A stretch of DNA of 64,000 nucleotides, from the IMG/VR virus record IMGVR_UViG_3300007735_000791, positions 23,102 to 87,101 of that record; one strand, 5' to 3'. Both the position numbers and the translations under genes were made by a program. Within the stretch, counting starts at the first letter, position 1, and each line of letters starts with the position of its first letter. This document shows, in pieces, positions 1 through 10,977 of the stretch. The notes below the pieces were generated by a model. The model searched no databases, was not told the origin of the DNA, and saw only the letters and a program-made list of their open reading frames with translations. Origin of the DNA: a virus.

Positions 1-7
1 TACTGCA

Positions 8-2560
8 ATGGGCAAAGTTAGTGGCAAATCTAGTTCTGGTTACATGGACACATCTAAAGGCATGCCAGCAGTAGCAGACATGCGTGAAATGCAATTACAA
101 AGCGTTGAGCGCATCTTAGGAGCGCTTGGTAAAGGTGGTGGAGGGTTACCTGGCGGCGGAGGTGGCGGAGGTGGAGGAGGAAAGATTCTTGGTGGATTAA
201 AGGCTTTTGGAAACACCTTACAAAATAATCCTTATTTTAAAACTGGTCAACAATTTGCTCAAATTGTTGGCGCTGGCGCAGACATTATTGATAGCCGTGT
301 GGACAGAAACAGAGGTTACGCACTTCCCGCTGACAGACTAAGTGTTCAACTACAACAACAATATGGCATGAGCCAAATGGATGTAATGAACAACCTACGT
401 GGTCCATTACGTGGTCGTCGTTTAGGAATGGGTGGAATTAACGAATTACTTTCAATGCAATCACGAACTGGAATTAATGCGGCTCAACAAGCAGGTTCTG
501 TTGAGAGTATGAGAACATTAATGGGGTACGGTTACAGTGCTGGTGACGCAACTCAATACATTGAAAGCCTTGGTCAAGCAGACACTGTAAACAGAATGTT
601 TATGATGACTGGAACTAGTCTTTATGGTATTGGTGGTCAGCAAAAGTCAGCACAACAAGTAAACCAAGATTTAATTCAAAGGCTTGGATTAAACAACCGA
701 GAAATTATTAATGCTGGTCGTCAATCTGGCTCTATGGTTCGTCAACGTTTGCAAATGTCTGGACTTGATGAAGGCGCTCAAGATTTGTTGTTGCAGTACG
801 CAGAATCAAATGTTAGTTTTACTGAAAAAGGTGGTAAAGGTTTTTACGACCCATCTAAAAAATCAGACCGTGAACGCATGGGAATTGAAGGAAACTATGC
901 TACACAACAAGAAGAAACTACCCGAACAGAAGTAAATCGTGAAGAACAAATGTACAAACGTCAAGCAGATAACTATGCCGATATGGAAAGAAATCTTCAA
1001 CGAGTAAATAAAGTTCTTGGTGAGTTTGAAGATAAGTTGTCGTCAATTATTGGTGCTCGCACATCTACTCGTGGTATGTTTGGTGGACAGGGAATGAAAT
1101 TCCTTGGCGGTGCAGCAATGGTTGCTGGTGGAGTAATGTCATTAATCCCTGGAATGCAAGCATTGGGCATTGGCACTATGGCTGCTGGTGCTGGTATGTT
1201 TTCAAAAGGTGATGCTACTGGTGGAGGAGCAGCAAACCCTGGGCGTATTGCTTCGGAAAACCCTACCAAAAAACCAACAAACACTGCTGGTCTTTCTCAA
1301 TTAAAACCAGTTTTACGTGAACCTCTTGCAAAATTGATGGCAGACCGTCCTGGAATTTCTATTGGTCAGGGTTATCGCAGTCCAGAACAACAAAAGAAAA
1401 TGTTTTTGGAACGCTATTACCGAACAGATGAAAAAACTGATACGTACTATGACGGTTCATATTGGATGAAAAAACCAGGTGTTGCAATGGCAGCACCTCC
1501 TGGATTGTCATATCACGAAATTGGTTTGGCTGCTGACCTTGTATTTGCTACCAATGCTGATGAAGCATGGTTGCAAGCAAATGCCAGCAAATATGGTCTT
1601 GATGAGTTTTCACGACACGGAGAACCGTGGCACGTCCAATCAAAAGCCTACCCAGCAAGCCGTAGACAGTATGAAGACAGTGGGGCAACATATGGAACAG
1701 AAACTGAACCTGAATACAAGTATGTTCCAGACACTACTGGTGTAATCACAGAAACAGGCCCAACTGGACAAAGTGGCATGGACATGAGTTACAGTGCAAC
1801 AATTAAACAACAGTTAACTATGTCTGAATCAATGGCTACTTTTTCAGCACAGGGCGTTGGTGGAACTGTTGGTGGAACTTCTAAACGACGTACACAACAA
1901 AGCGGAAAAGACAGAGGAAGTGCAGGAAAAACAAAAATTGATTCCGCTCCTGGTTCTTTTGACCCATACGAGTTGGCTCGTATGCTTGACCGAAGAAAGT
2001 TTAAAAAAGAAGACATTTGGAAGATGCTTGCTATTTCATGGCGAGAATCTAGGTGGAATCCAAAAGCCTATGTAAGAGACCATGACGATGATTCATATGG
2101 TTTGTTTCAAATTAACATGCTTGGAAACATGGGTCCAAAACGCGCTAAAGATTTTGGAATTTCAGATTACAAACAATTACTTGACCCAACAACAAATATA
2201 AAAGCAGCGCGTATTATGTATGGAGGCGGCAATTTAGACCCTTGGACTAAAAATGGAAGTCCAATAGGTGGGATTCCTGACTCAACAATTAAAGTAAGTA
2301 AAGAAATTGCTGGAAGTCTTGGGTTTCCTACAGGCGACCCTTCAGATAAAGGTTATACTCCGCAAAGACAAAAAAATAGTTCTGCATCTGGTTCTACTAC
2401 TATTAAAACTGGAGAAACTATAAACAATACGTTTAATGTTACTCCTACTATAAACCTTACTAGTACTGGGTCTGTTCCTGTAGACGCTGCCAAATTAGCA
2501 AAAGAAGTAACCAAACTTATTGACCGCGAACTAAAAATGAACATGGTAAGGAGTTCGTAA
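8..2560 (+). CDS. Tape measure protein (probably 5'-truncated) with M15/VanY-like peptidase and lytic transglycosylase domains
   Basis: Frame is open to the window edge. Gly/Gln/Met-rich helical N-part; GYRS..QQ, APPGLSYHEIGLAADL and EPWHVQ (M15 Zn peptidase); WRESRWNP..DDSYGLFQIN (SLT/lysozyme-like); lies upstream of baseplate genes. Confidence 0.85.
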   Translation: MGKVSGKSSSGYMDTSKGMPAVADMREMQLQSVERILGALGKGGGGLPGGGGGGGGGGKILGGLKAFGNTLQNNPYFKTGQQFAQIVGAGADIIDSRVDRNRGYALPADRLSVQLQQQYGMSQMDVMNNLRGPLRGRRLGMGGINELLSMQSRTGINAAQQAGSVESMRTLMGYGYSAGDATQYIESLGQADTVNRMFMMTGTSLYGIGGQQKSAQQVNQDLIQRLGLNNREIINAGRQSGSMVRQRLQMSGLDEGAQDLLLQYAESNVSFTEKGGKGFYDPSKKSDRERMGIEGNYATQQEETTRTEVNREEQMYKRQADNYADMERNLQRVNKVLGEFEDKLSSIIGARTSTRGMFGGQGMKFLGGAAMVAGGVMSLIPGMQALGIGTMAAGAGMFSKGDATGGGAANPGRIASENPTKKPTNTAGLSQLKPVLREPLAKLMADRPGISIGQGYRSPEQQKKMFLERYYRTDEKTDTYYDGSYWMKKPGVAMAAPPGLSYHEIGLAADLVFATNADEAWLQANASKYGLDEFSRHGEPWHVQSKAYPASRRQYEDSGATYGTETEPEYKYVPDTTGVITETGPTGQSGMDMSYSATIKQQLTMSESMATFSAQGVGGTVGGTSKRRTQQSGKDRGSAGKTKIDSAPGSFDPYELARMLDRRKFKKEDIWKMLAISWRESRWNPKAYVRDHDDDSYGLFQINMLGNMGPKRAKDFGISDYKQLLDPTTNIKAARIMYGGGNLDPWTKNGSPIGGIPDSTIKVSKEIAGSLGFPTGDPSDKGYTPQRQKNSSASGSTTIKTGETINNTFNVTPTINLTSTGSVPVDAAKLAKEVTKLIDRELKMNMVRSS

Positions 2561-2561
2561 T

Positions 2562-4355
2562 ATGGCTGATTTTGAAAAACTTGAATGGACTTTAGCAGAA
2601 GCGTTTAACAATGATTTTAATAACTATGCACGGCTAAAGGAACCACGAGATGTAAGTAGGGAAAACAAAGCATTTGCTTTTCCTGGTCCATACTCTAGAA
2701 ATATTGCTGGAACAAATATAGACCAAAAAATGAAACGCGGTTTTATGCGTAGCATTATTATGGACAAAGATATTTCTGAAAAATTTAAAGTAACTAGTCC
2801 TGGCAATCTTCGTCTTAATTTTCAATTTAACCCAGAATATATTGAACGTAATGTGCGCCAAAGTCCTGGTGCTGTAAACCCTTTATTACAAAATCCAGCC
2901 AACTTAACTCAAGCAGTTCCAGGAACTGCTGAATTTAGTTTCACTATGATGTTTAACCGTGAAGCAGAAGTAGCACAACGTCGTAGAGATTTAATATTAG
3001 GTACTCAACGAATTCAAGGAAGTGCTGACAGAATTGAAGCCAATCTTGCAGCCAATATAATAGATGATATAAATACAAGTGACATTACTAATGCATTAAA
3101 AGACCCTGGTAAGGTTGGAGTAATGCATGACCTTTCTATCTTTGACAGCATTATTGGACAAGGTATTACTGAAGAATTAGTAAATGTTATTTCTGCGTAT
3201 ACTCAACAACAAACTGTTGCAATAACCAATGAAGCAGACGAAGACGACGAAATTACAGTTTTTGATAAAACTAAATTTGAAGAATCAGTTACTAAAAACT
3301 TTGGTAACTCTGCTTTCTTAAACCCAATGCCTGTTCGTATTGTGTTTTCAGATTTGTTTATGGTTGAAGGATTAGTAGTTGGTTCAGCAGTGGCTTTTCA
3401 AAAATTTAGTCAAGACATGATTCCAACAATATGTCAAATTAATTGTACCGTATATGCACTGTATGTTGGTTTTGCAAAAAGAAAAGCATTTTTAACAGAC
3501 AATCTTACATCTTGGGCAGTACAAACAGCCAATGCTGTAAAAGAAACACAAGCAGCAACTGCTCAAGCAACTAAACAACTTCAGCAAAGTATACATAAAT
3601 TAAACGTTGGAATAAATGCTGTAGCCCCTGGTAACGCATTAACTGTTCCCGCTACAAACTCTATTGGTATGAAAGTGTTTCAAGCAACAAATACTGGTGT
3701 TTATTTAGAAAATGCTTCTATATATTATGCAGGGAATGGTAGCACTGCTGCGAATAGGTTTGTAACACTTCCTCAATGGTTTAATGCTTTTGCTGCAAGC
3801 AACAATTCTTTAGGAATAATGAAAAACACAGCGGGTTCTTATGTAGGGAACACTGTTTTAAGTAGTTTTGGTAAAACAGCACTTCCAATAACTTTATATG
3901 TAACAACAACAGATGCTTCATTTAACACAGTTTCATCTTCGCTCACATCAAGCATTATAGATACAAACACTAGTCAAAATAAATCAGCAGTAATTACTGG
4001 CGGTGGAACTTGGACTAAAATTACAGATAAAGAAATGGGATTTCTTGCTGAAACCACTGTAAACGGTGTAAAATTTTATGTTTTTAAAAACACTTTTAAT
4101 CTTGACCCAGTAGACATAACTAGTGTTAAACAAACAATTAATCATACGTCTCGTTGCAAATTAATATTAAATATTACATTTCAAAAAACTTTATCAGATG
4201 GGTCCACGGCTAAACACGAAATTAATCAAGATTTGTATTACAACGGAACCGACCCATTTTTTTATGATGTTGTTTCAGGAGTTAACAACAATTTTGATTT
4301 AGTTAAAAAATATGTTTTTAATTTAAAAAAACCAACAGGAAAAGAATTAAAGTAG
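2562..4355 (+). CDS. Tail/baseplate-associated protein (tube-initiator-like N-terminal domain)
   Basis: LNFQFNPEYI motif typical of contractile-tail tube-like proteins; located between tape measure and LysM/hub genes. Confidence 0.55.
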   Translation: MADFEKLEWTLAEAFNNDFNNYARLKEPRDVSRENKAFAFPGPYSRNIAGTNIDQKMKRGFMRSIIMDKDISEKFKVTSPGNLRLNFQFNPEYIERNVRQSPGAVNPLLQNPANLTQAVPGTAEFSFTMMFNREAEVAQRRRDLILGTQRIQGSADRIEANLAANIIDDINTSDITNALKDPGKVGVMHDLSIFDSIIGQGITEELVNVISAYTQQQTVAITNEADEDDEITVFDKTKFEESVTKNFGNSAFLNPMPVRIVFSDLFMVEGLVVGSAVAFQKFSQDMIPTICQINCTVYALYVGFAKRKAFLTDNLTSWAVQTANAVKETQAATAQATKQLQQSIHKLNVGINAVAPGNALTVPATNSIGMKVFQATNTGVYLENASIYYAGNGSTAANRFVTLPQWFNAFAASNNSLGIMKNTAGSYVGNTVLSSFGKTALPITLYVTTTDASFNTVSSSLTSSIIDTNTSQNKSAVITGGGTWTKITDKEMGFLAETTVNGVKFYVFKNTFNLDPVDITSVKQTINHTSRCKLILNITFQKTLSDGSTAKHEINQDLYYNGTDPFFYDVVSGVNNNFDLVKKYVFNLKKPTGKELK

Positions 4356-4363
4356 GTTAACTA

Positions 4364-4627
4364 ATGCTTAACTCTAAATCGTCTCGTTATTTTTCTACAT
4401 ATTATAATGATAATAATACAGAAGCACGAGCCATAGCAAAACGTGTTACTACAAAATCTCAACCATATTTTACTCACGTAACTGAGTCAAATGAATCATT
4501 TGCTTCTCTTGCAGGAAAATATTTGTACAATGAAAAACTATATTGGTACATTGCTGACCAGAATCCACAAATTCGTTTTCCTGATTTAATTCCTGTTGGA
4601 ACACTTGTTCGCATACCGTTAGCATGA
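4364..4627 (+). CDS. LysM/tail-X-like baseplate wedge protein
   Basis: ESFASLAGKYL...YWYIADQNPQI.FPD.IPVGTLVRIP pattern; synteny. Confidence 0.8.
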   Translation: MLNSKSSRYFSTYYNDNNTEARAIAKRVTTKSQPYFTHVTESNESFASLAGKYLYNEKLYWYIADQNPQIRFPDLIPVGTLVRIPLA

Positions 4628-5796
4628 TTACCACTAATCTTTCGCCTCTTGGCATCATTTGGAATATTGCCATAGACGGTGTTCCCTTTAACAAACAAAC
4701 TGTTCAACGTGTTCAAACATCTTTTGTTGAAAACCAACACGATTACCTTTCTGTTGAACTTGTAGGTGTTCCTTCTACGTATGTTTCTTTGTACGTAGAC
4801 CGACCTATAACCATGTCCGTAACAATTAATGGTGGTAAATCGTTTTCTTTTTATGGTTATGTAACTCAAGTTGAAGGAACTTCTTCTACAAATGAAGGAA
4901 CAGTTAATAATAGTCCGTTTCAAATTATTAAACTTATTTGCCTTGGTTCATCACACCTGCTTCGTAGCAACAACACTTTAGTTTGGGAAAACGTTACTTT
5001 AGAAAATATCGTTTCCGATATTGCCAATGATTTTAGATTAGGTTATTCAATGCCCGTAGATAACTACGTGTTTAAACGCCTTGTTCAGTCAGAAGAATCT
5101 TTGTGGAAATTGCTTGTAAAAGCATGCGACCAATTAGGGTACACAATAACACTTACTAATTCTCATATACATATTTGGGATAAAAACAAATCATTAGCGC
5201 GTCAATCGTCATATACCGTGTTGCGCGGAATAAAAATTAAAAGAGAAAACTATAGCCCTCTTCCAGGAGATATTATTAGTTTAGAATCAACTCTTGGAAC
5301 TGCTGACGTTTCTCAACAATCTGGTGACAAGACCGTTTCATACATTGATGAACGTGGTGTATTTGTTACTGTTGACAGTTCTCAACTAAACGGATTAAAC
5401 AGTTTTGGAACTCCTCCAGAAAGTAGGTTTTATAACAAGTTAACAATTAGTGTTGATTCTTTTGAAAAAGCATCTCGTTACATTGAATCTAAAATTAAAA
5501 AAGCGTATCCGTATATGGCAGATGCTTTAGTATACGGAGACCCATCTATTGTTCCAGGTGGTGTAGTAAAAGTTGAAGGCTATGGTGGAGACTTTGATGG
5601 ATATTGGTACGTTAACTCTGTAACACATACATTGTCAACTGATAACTTATTATCATCTTTAAAATTAGAAAAAGATGGAACGTACGACATTCTTCCAAAG
5701 TTCCCAATTGTTCAACGTTACCAACAAGCGCCTTTACCAACATTGATTAAAAACAAATGGGTTATGAAATCAGAGTATGTAAATGTATACAATTAA
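4624..5796 (+). CDS. Baseplate hub protein (gpD/gp27-like)
   Basis: Q.EES.WKLL..ACD.LGY and GDPSI.PG..V.V.G.G.DFDGYWYV..VTH motifs. Confidence 0.8.
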   Translation: MITTNLSPLGIIWNIAIDGVPFNKQTVQRVQTSFVENQHDYLSVELVGVPSTYVSLYVDRPITMSVTINGGKSFSFYGYVTQVEGTSSTNEGTVNNSPFQIIKLICLGSSHLLRSNNTLVWENVTLENIVSDIANDFRLGYSMPVDNYVFKRLVQSEESLWKLLVKACDQLGYTITLTNSHIHIWDKNKSLARQSSYTVLRGIKIKRENYSPLPGDIISLESTLGTADVSQQSGDKTVSYIDERGVFVTVDSSQLNGLNSFGTPPESRFYNKLTISVDSFEKASRYIESKIKKAYPYMADALVYGDPSIVPGGVVKVEGYGGDFDGYWYVNSVTHTLSTDNLLSSLKLEKDGTYDILPKFPIVQRYQQAPLPTLIKNKWVMKSEYVNVYN

Positions 5797-6109
5797 AGGC
5801 ATTCATACTGTCGTGTCTGGAGGACCACACCGAGCAGTAGTAACTTATTCCAACAGTAGTAGTGGGGAAATAAGAGTTCGTATACCTGCTGTGTTAGGCT
5901 CGTCAGAAGTGGCTATTTCATTAATTGGAAGACAACCTGATTTAAACGGTTGGTCTGTTCCTTTTGTTGGAGACCAAATTATTGTTGGTACAGATGATAG
6001 TACTTTTACAAATGTATTTTGGATTCAAAGTGATGGGACGTCTAAACTTAAAGAACGAATTGCCACATTAGAAGCACAAGTGGCATCTATTTTGGAGGCA
6101 TTATCATGA
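5783..6109 (+). CDS. Baseplate spike (gpV/gp5 OB-fold-like)
   Basis: GEIRVRIPAVLG...WSVPFVGDQIIV motif followed by a short coiled coil. Confidence 0.7.
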   Translation: MYTIKGIHTVVSGGPHRAVVTYSNSSSGEIRVRIPAVLGSSEVAISLIGRQPDLNGWSVPFVGDQIIVGTDDSTFTNVFWIQSDGTSKLKERIATLEAQVASILEALS

Positions 6110-6504
6110 GGTCTATTAGAATACCTTTTAGTTTTGAAGAGGGCAGCGTATCTTCTACAACTAACGTAGATACTATCGTTAAACAAGAAATTATTAATTA
6201 TTTTATGACAATTACTGGAGAAAGGGTAATGAACCAACAATATGGCGGTAGTTTACCTCAACTGTCTTTTGAAATTAACGACCCTTTAGTTTTGGCTGAT
6301 TATAAACTAGACGCTATCAGTGACGTTAATTCAAACCTGTCTTTTGGAAAAGTATTAGACATGGCTGTAGTGGACAACGAAAATACTACATTTTATGAGG
6401 AAAACGTGGCTACCGTGCTGGTTCGTTACGCCGTAGCACCTAGAACAATATCTACTGTAAAATTAATAGTAACAAACACATTTAATGAAGAAAGCGATAT
6501 CTAA
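6106..6504 (+). CDS. gp25/GPW-like baseplate wedge protein
   Basis: IPFSF...MTITGERVM...YGG.L..L.FE motif. Confidence 0.85.
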   Translation: MRSIRIPFSFEEGSVSSTTNVDTIVKQEIINYFMTITGERVMNQQYGGSLPQLSFEINDPLVLADYKLDAISDVNSNLSFGKVLDMAVVDNENTTFYEENVATVLVRYAVAPRTISTVKLIVTNTFNEESDI

Positions 6505-7952
6505 TGGCAACTATTGATTATTCTAATCGCGATTATGATTCTATTCGCGCTGACTTGTTGTCTCGTGCGTCAGAGATAGTTCCTGAATGGACTGCAAGAA
6601 ACTCGTCTGATTTTGGAGTTTTGTTTGTTGACCTTTGGTCGTACTTTGCTGACGTACTACACTATTACATTGACCGCGCTGCTGGTGAGGCATTTATCAC
6701 TACGGCAACACAACGAGAGTCGTTGTTGGCTCTTGCCAGTTTGTTTGATTACAACCCACAACTTCAAAAGTCATCAACTGCAACTGTAACTGTTGTTGGT
6801 GCAAACATTCCTGCAGGAGACGTTGTAACAATACCAGTAGGTACTACGTTTGTTGCTCCTGCAACTTCTGAACGACCAATTGTTTATTTTACTTCAACGG
6901 AAAGTGCTTCTGCTTCTGCTTCTGCAAACGCTATTATTTCAGTTGTTGAAGGTTTACAAGTTAATGATGAAACTGTAGGCACTTCAAACGGTGCTGCAAA
7001 TCAACGTTTTTCATTGTTTTATAACGGAGTGATTGGTGACAGTGTAGTGGTGTATGTACAAGAAGGTGTAGTAGTTGACGGTGTTCCTTCTAATGTTGAA
7101 TATCAATTTGTTAACAAACTTCTTGACTCAACCGCAAATGACCGAGTGTTTACGTTATTATCAACAGCATCTAATGAAACTGAAATTGTTTTTGGAAATG
7201 GTATTAACGGTAAGATTCCAAATACTGGACAAAACATAATTGTAAATTATCGCAAAGGTGTTGGTTCTCGTGGCAACCTTTCGGCAAATTCAATCACACA
7301 AATTCAAAACTCTCCAAGTATTTATATTTCTGAAATTTTGTCTAGTGCTGCTGTTGGTGGAGCAAACGTTGAATCAATTGAATCGTTGCGAAATAACATA
7401 CCAAACTCTTTTGCAACACAAGACCGTGCTGTATCTTTAAGTGATTATAAGGCGCTTGTTTTACAAGTTGCTGGTGTTGCTAAAGGCACTGCTTCTTATT
7501 CAAGTGGAACAGTTACTATTTATGCTGCGCCATTTACGGAAGATTACTTAACATACTCGTCTTCAACATTGCCTGTTAACGCTACTTTACAAACCAACAT
7601 TATTGAGTATTACGAACCTCGTCAAATGATTGGGGCAAGCGTAACGGCGGCTAGTGCAATTAACTTAACAGCAGTCAACGTAACTGCCACCGTAAACGTA
7701 TTGCCAGGATATATTGCAAGTAAAGTTGCTGAATCTGTTGAAACGGCCTTGGACACGTTGTTTGAATTTGAAAATGTTTTCTTTAACCAAACTTTGTCAA
7801 AAGGCCAAATATACAGAACAATTCTTGATGTTCCTGGTGTTGATTATGTAACCCTTTCTTTACCAAGCACTGAAACCGTAACGTCTGGTGCATATGGCTT
7901 GTTAAAAAAGGGAACCTACACACTTACAACCGTTGGTGGAGTTACTGGTTAA
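6504..7952 (+). CDS. Baseplate J-like wedge protein
   Basis: DYSNRDYDSIR..L, PEWT..SDFG, FGNG.NGKIP, GGA..ES, RAVS..DY motifs. Confidence 0.9.
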   Translation: MATIDYSNRDYDSIRADLLSRASEIVPEWTARNSSDFGVLFVDLWSYFADVLHYYIDRAAGEAFITTATQRESLLALASLFDYNPQLQKSSTATVTVVGANIPAGDVVTIPVGTTFVAPATSERPIVYFTSTESASASASANAIISVVEGLQVNDETVGTSNGAANQRFSLFYNGVIGDSVVVYVQEGVVVDGVPSNVEYQFVNKLLDSTANDRVFTLLSTASNETEIVFGNGINGKIPNTGQNIIVNYRKGVGSRGNLSANSITQIQNSPSIYISEILSSAAVGGANVESIESLRNNIPNSFATQDRAVSLSDYKALVLQVAGVAKGTASYSSGTVTIYAAPFTEDYLTYSSSTLPVNATLQTNIIEYYEPRQMIGASVTAASAINLTAVNVTATVNVLPGYIASKVAESVETALDTLFEFENVFFNQTLSKGQIYRTILDVPGVDYVTLSLPSTETVTSGAYGLLKKGTYTLTTVGGVTG

Positions 7953-9917
7953 ATGGCTTTAATATCTTTTCGGTTACGCCGAACCGATGATGTTGGTTCA
8001 TATGTTCGCGAAGAAAGCCGACTAGACTCGGCACTTCGTAGTGACTCATATGTAACCCCAACAGATTCATCTGGGTTCTCGTCGTTTAGTGCAACGGTAA
8101 TGAACGTTGAAGAACAAATTGTAATAGATGCAGGACGACCAGGCGGTCAATACACCGTTTATGAATACGACGTGTTAACAGAATGGACATTGACTGAAGC
8201 GTTGGTTTCTTCTCCAGCAACCGTTTCACCAACTGAAATACATTTAATAGTTAATCAATACGGAGAACCTCTTACAGTTGAAGATGGCACAACAATATTT
8301 ACTTGTAATAGTTCATCTTTTGTAAACACTTTTCGTCACGTTAGTGCTTTATACAAACCTGGGACTTGGTTGTACTACGGTTTTTTTATTAAATACTCAG
8401 ATGGCTCAACAGAATGGTTTGAGCGTGCTGCAACAGTAACAGTTCAATTGCCAAAATATTACCAATCAATTGAAGACCTTTGGAAACGAATTCCAGAGTA
8501 CTACAGGGCTGCTGACTACGCCGAAGGAAAAGGTCACCTTAAAAAATACTTGTCGTTGTTTGGTTGGGAACTTGATAAAACACGAAGTTTAATTGACAGT
8601 TTAATAACTATAAATGACCCTGTTACTTCTCCAACTGCAACCCTTGATGCCATTGCCAAACAATTAGGAGTGCCAGTAACTTCATTGGACGTTGGGACAT
8701 CCAGGCTTAGAAGCGTCCTTTTAAATATTTTTAACCTTCGCCAACGCAAAGGAACGATTGGCGGAACAACTTCTTTTATCTCTGCAATGTCTGGTTGTCA
8801 ATCTCGTTTTGATTCAGATACAAATACTTTTTATGTGTATTCGCAACGAGTAAACCTTTTATCAGACCCTAAATTTAGGCAACAAGATATTTCTTTTTAT
8901 TTAGGAAACCCGTCTGTACTTGATAGAACACCTTTTACACTTCGTAGTGAGAGTGGTGGTTCTGCCTTACGTAACCCAGACGCAAATGATGATGCAATCA
9001 GAAACTACAACTCAAACCCTTTGTCTGTAGGAGAGTTAGCAGAATACACAACGACTTTAACAACTGATACTGCGGCTTCTGTGGGTTGGGGTGTTTACAC
9101 GTATGGAAGTGCTTTTTCTGGAAGCGCTTCTGTTCCTGTTATTAACACAGTTATTTATGACGGTGAAGAAACAGCGGGTGCTTCGGTTTCTGTTGTTTAT
9201 GCAAACGGAGATGGTATTAAAATTGAAATTCCAAATGATGCAACTGGTCCTCAAGTAGTTGTTGTATACGGAAGAAAACCTTTTTATTACCGAAATGATG
9301 TTACTTATTACAGTTCTTTTAACTGCAATCTTTCAGGAGCATCTTTTGTTAACCTTCGTTTTATAACTAACGATAACATTAATAGTTTTATAGAAATTGA
9401 CCCACCAGACTCTATTGGTGAAGCATTGTTTTATGATTCATGGAATACTGAAAGCGCCGCAAATCAAGACATATTTTTATATGGAAACACTGCTTATTAC
9501 AACGCCAGTGCGCCTGGTTTGGCAACCGCTGGTCGCTTTAGTTTGCAACATCCAGAATCTCCAGACATTGACAACGTTGAAAAGGCTGTAGTTCCAGCAT
9601 TAGTATTCTTTGCAGACCCAGGTGACTCTATCATTGTCTCTAAATGGTTGGTTGAACCTAATGCCGTAGGACGTTATTTTGATGGAGATGACATCTATGG
9701 TGGTTTTATTCAACAGGCAAACCAACCAAGCATTGTTGGTGTTGCAGACTACCGATGGGGTCCAAACGGCGGTGAAGACAATGAAAACTTTTCGTATTAC
9801 ACTCTTGATTATGCGAGAGTTACAAACGCGGTAGAACGTGTTGTTGAAGACACTTTGATACCTGTTAACATGATTGGCAATTACACTATTGAATGGAACA
9901 CTATCCCAGGAGACTAA
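7953..9917 (+). CDS. Baseplate/tail protein (P2 gpI-like domain)
   Basis: LWKRIPEYYR, L..FGWELD, RQRKGT.GG motifs; follows baseplate J. Confidence 0.65.
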   Translation: MALISFRLRRTDDVGSYVREESRLDSALRSDSYVTPTDSSGFSSFSATVMNVEEQIVIDAGRPGGQYTVYEYDVLTEWTLTEALVSSPATVSPTEIHLIVNQYGEPLTVEDGTTIFTCNSSSFVNTFRHVSALYKPGTWLYYGFFIKYSDGSTEWFERAATVTVQLPKYYQSIEDLWKRIPEYYRAADYAEGKGHLKKYLSLFGWELDKTRSLIDSLITINDPVTSPTATLDAIAKQLGVPVTSLDVGTSRLRSVLLNIFNLRQRKGTIGGTTSFISAMSGCQSRFDSDTNTFYVYSQRVNLLSDPKFRQQDISFYLGNPSVLDRTPFTLRSESGGSALRNPDANDDAIRNYNSNPLSVGELAEYTTTLTTDTAASVGWGVYTYGSAFSGSASVPVINTVIYDGEETAGASVSVVYANGDGIKIEIPNDATGPQVVVVYGRKPFYYRNDVTYYSSFNCNLSGASFVNLRFITNDNINSFIEIDPPDSIGEALFYDSWNTESAANQDIFLYGNTAYYNASAPGLATAGRFSLQHPESPDIDNVEKAVVPALVFFADPGDSIIVSKWLVEPNAVGRYFDGDDIYGGFIQQANQPSIVGVADYRWGPNGGEDNENFSYYTLDYARVTNAVERVVEDTLIPVNMIGNYTIEWNTIPGD

Positions 9918-10171
9918 TGGAACTATTACTTGCAGCACTAGCCGTTTACAAAGTTGTACAAATTTTAGATTTATTTTTGACAAAGGAACCAATGCCTTGG
10001 GTTAAAGTTGTTGCGACATTGGTTATGTCATATGCAGCAGTTCTAATCTTATGGACCGAAATTATTTGGTTGCATGGACTTGTAGTTGCAACAATCGCTG
10101 GTATAGTGCACAGCCTAATTCGCATGATTACACTCATGGGAGATATGGCAAGAACAAAATCGTTACGTTAA
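9917..10171 (+). CDS. Small multi-pass membrane protein, possible holin
   Basis: ATG overlaps the preceding TAA; about 3 hydrophobic segments and a basic C-terminus. Confidence 0.45.
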   Translation: MELLLAALAVYKVVQILDLFLTKEPMPWVKVVATLVMSYAAVLILWTEIIWLHGLVVATIAGIVHSLIRMITLMGDMARTKSLR

Positions 10172-10183
10172 AAGGAGAACAAC

Positions 10184-10861
10184 ATGAATCAGTTTGTAAT
10201 ACTTGGAGTAGGCAACACCTCTGAAAACATCATAGAAGATTGTTTATTTGATTTGCCAAAGGACAGTATGTATCACATTTATACATACCGAACAAATTTG
10301 GAAGGAGTGTGCCGAGTCTACGATTGGTTGTTAGATAACAAAGCATCGTACATTGCGTATCACAATAACACAGCACCAGCAATGTTGACTAACGAAGCAA
10401 CTAAAGCAGTTGAGTCAACTATAGATGAGATGATTGACGTGGCGCGAAATATAAAAGCCACTGTTCTTTACTTATGGAACGACAAAGATGAAGTGGAGTC
10501 CGAGAAAGACGTAACCAAATTAATTGATAGCGGATTACGTGTTCTTGACTTAACACAAGGTCTTACTCCATTCTTAATTGTTGACAACAAAAAAGAAGTA
10601 AACGACACTGTTGATTCTCTTAAACCAGTTACTCGTGAAGAGTATGAAGAAATGCCGTTGGCTTCGCTAAAACAACAAGCAGCAGCACATGGTGTGCCAG
10701 ATAATAAACTTAAATCAAAAGAAGAAATGATTGAAGCATTGATAGAAGAAATGACAGCAACAGTGGTAGTTATTACTGGAAAGTTAGCCCCACTAGAATA
10801 TCCAAAAGTATTTAAAGTTACAGAACAAGTAGCACAACAAATAATCAACGACTTAACGTAA
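10184..10861 (+). CDS. Hypothetical protein with C-terminal Rho-N/HeH-like motif
   Basis: AGGAG RBS; YEEMPLASLKQQAAAHGV...KSKEEMIEAL resembles Rho_N. Confidence 0.5.
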   Translation: MNQFVILGVGNTSENIIEDCLFDLPKDSMYHIYTYRTNLEGVCRVYDWLLDNKASYIAYHNNTAPAMLTNEATKAVESTIDEMIDVARNIKATVLYLWNDKDEVESEKDVTKLIDSGLRVLDLTQGLTPFLIVDNKKEVNDTVDSLKPVTREEYEEMPLASLKQQAAAHGVPDNKLKSKEEMIEALIEEMTATVVVITGKLAPLEYPKVFKVTEQVAQQIINDLT

Positions 10862-10977
10862 TTACGCAGGGGGACTGGAGGCGGAAAGGAGGTAGAAAAA
10901 CCTCCAGCCCACACCCTGCTCAGCGTTCGGACAAGGACGCTGAAATCAGTTTATCAAATAGGACGAGGAATAACACG

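Noticed and set aside
2039-2055. 17-nt identity TGGCGAGAATCTAGGTG with 35851-35867
   Set aside because: Both encode the catalytic WRESR motif of transglycosylase domains, so protein-level homology explains it.
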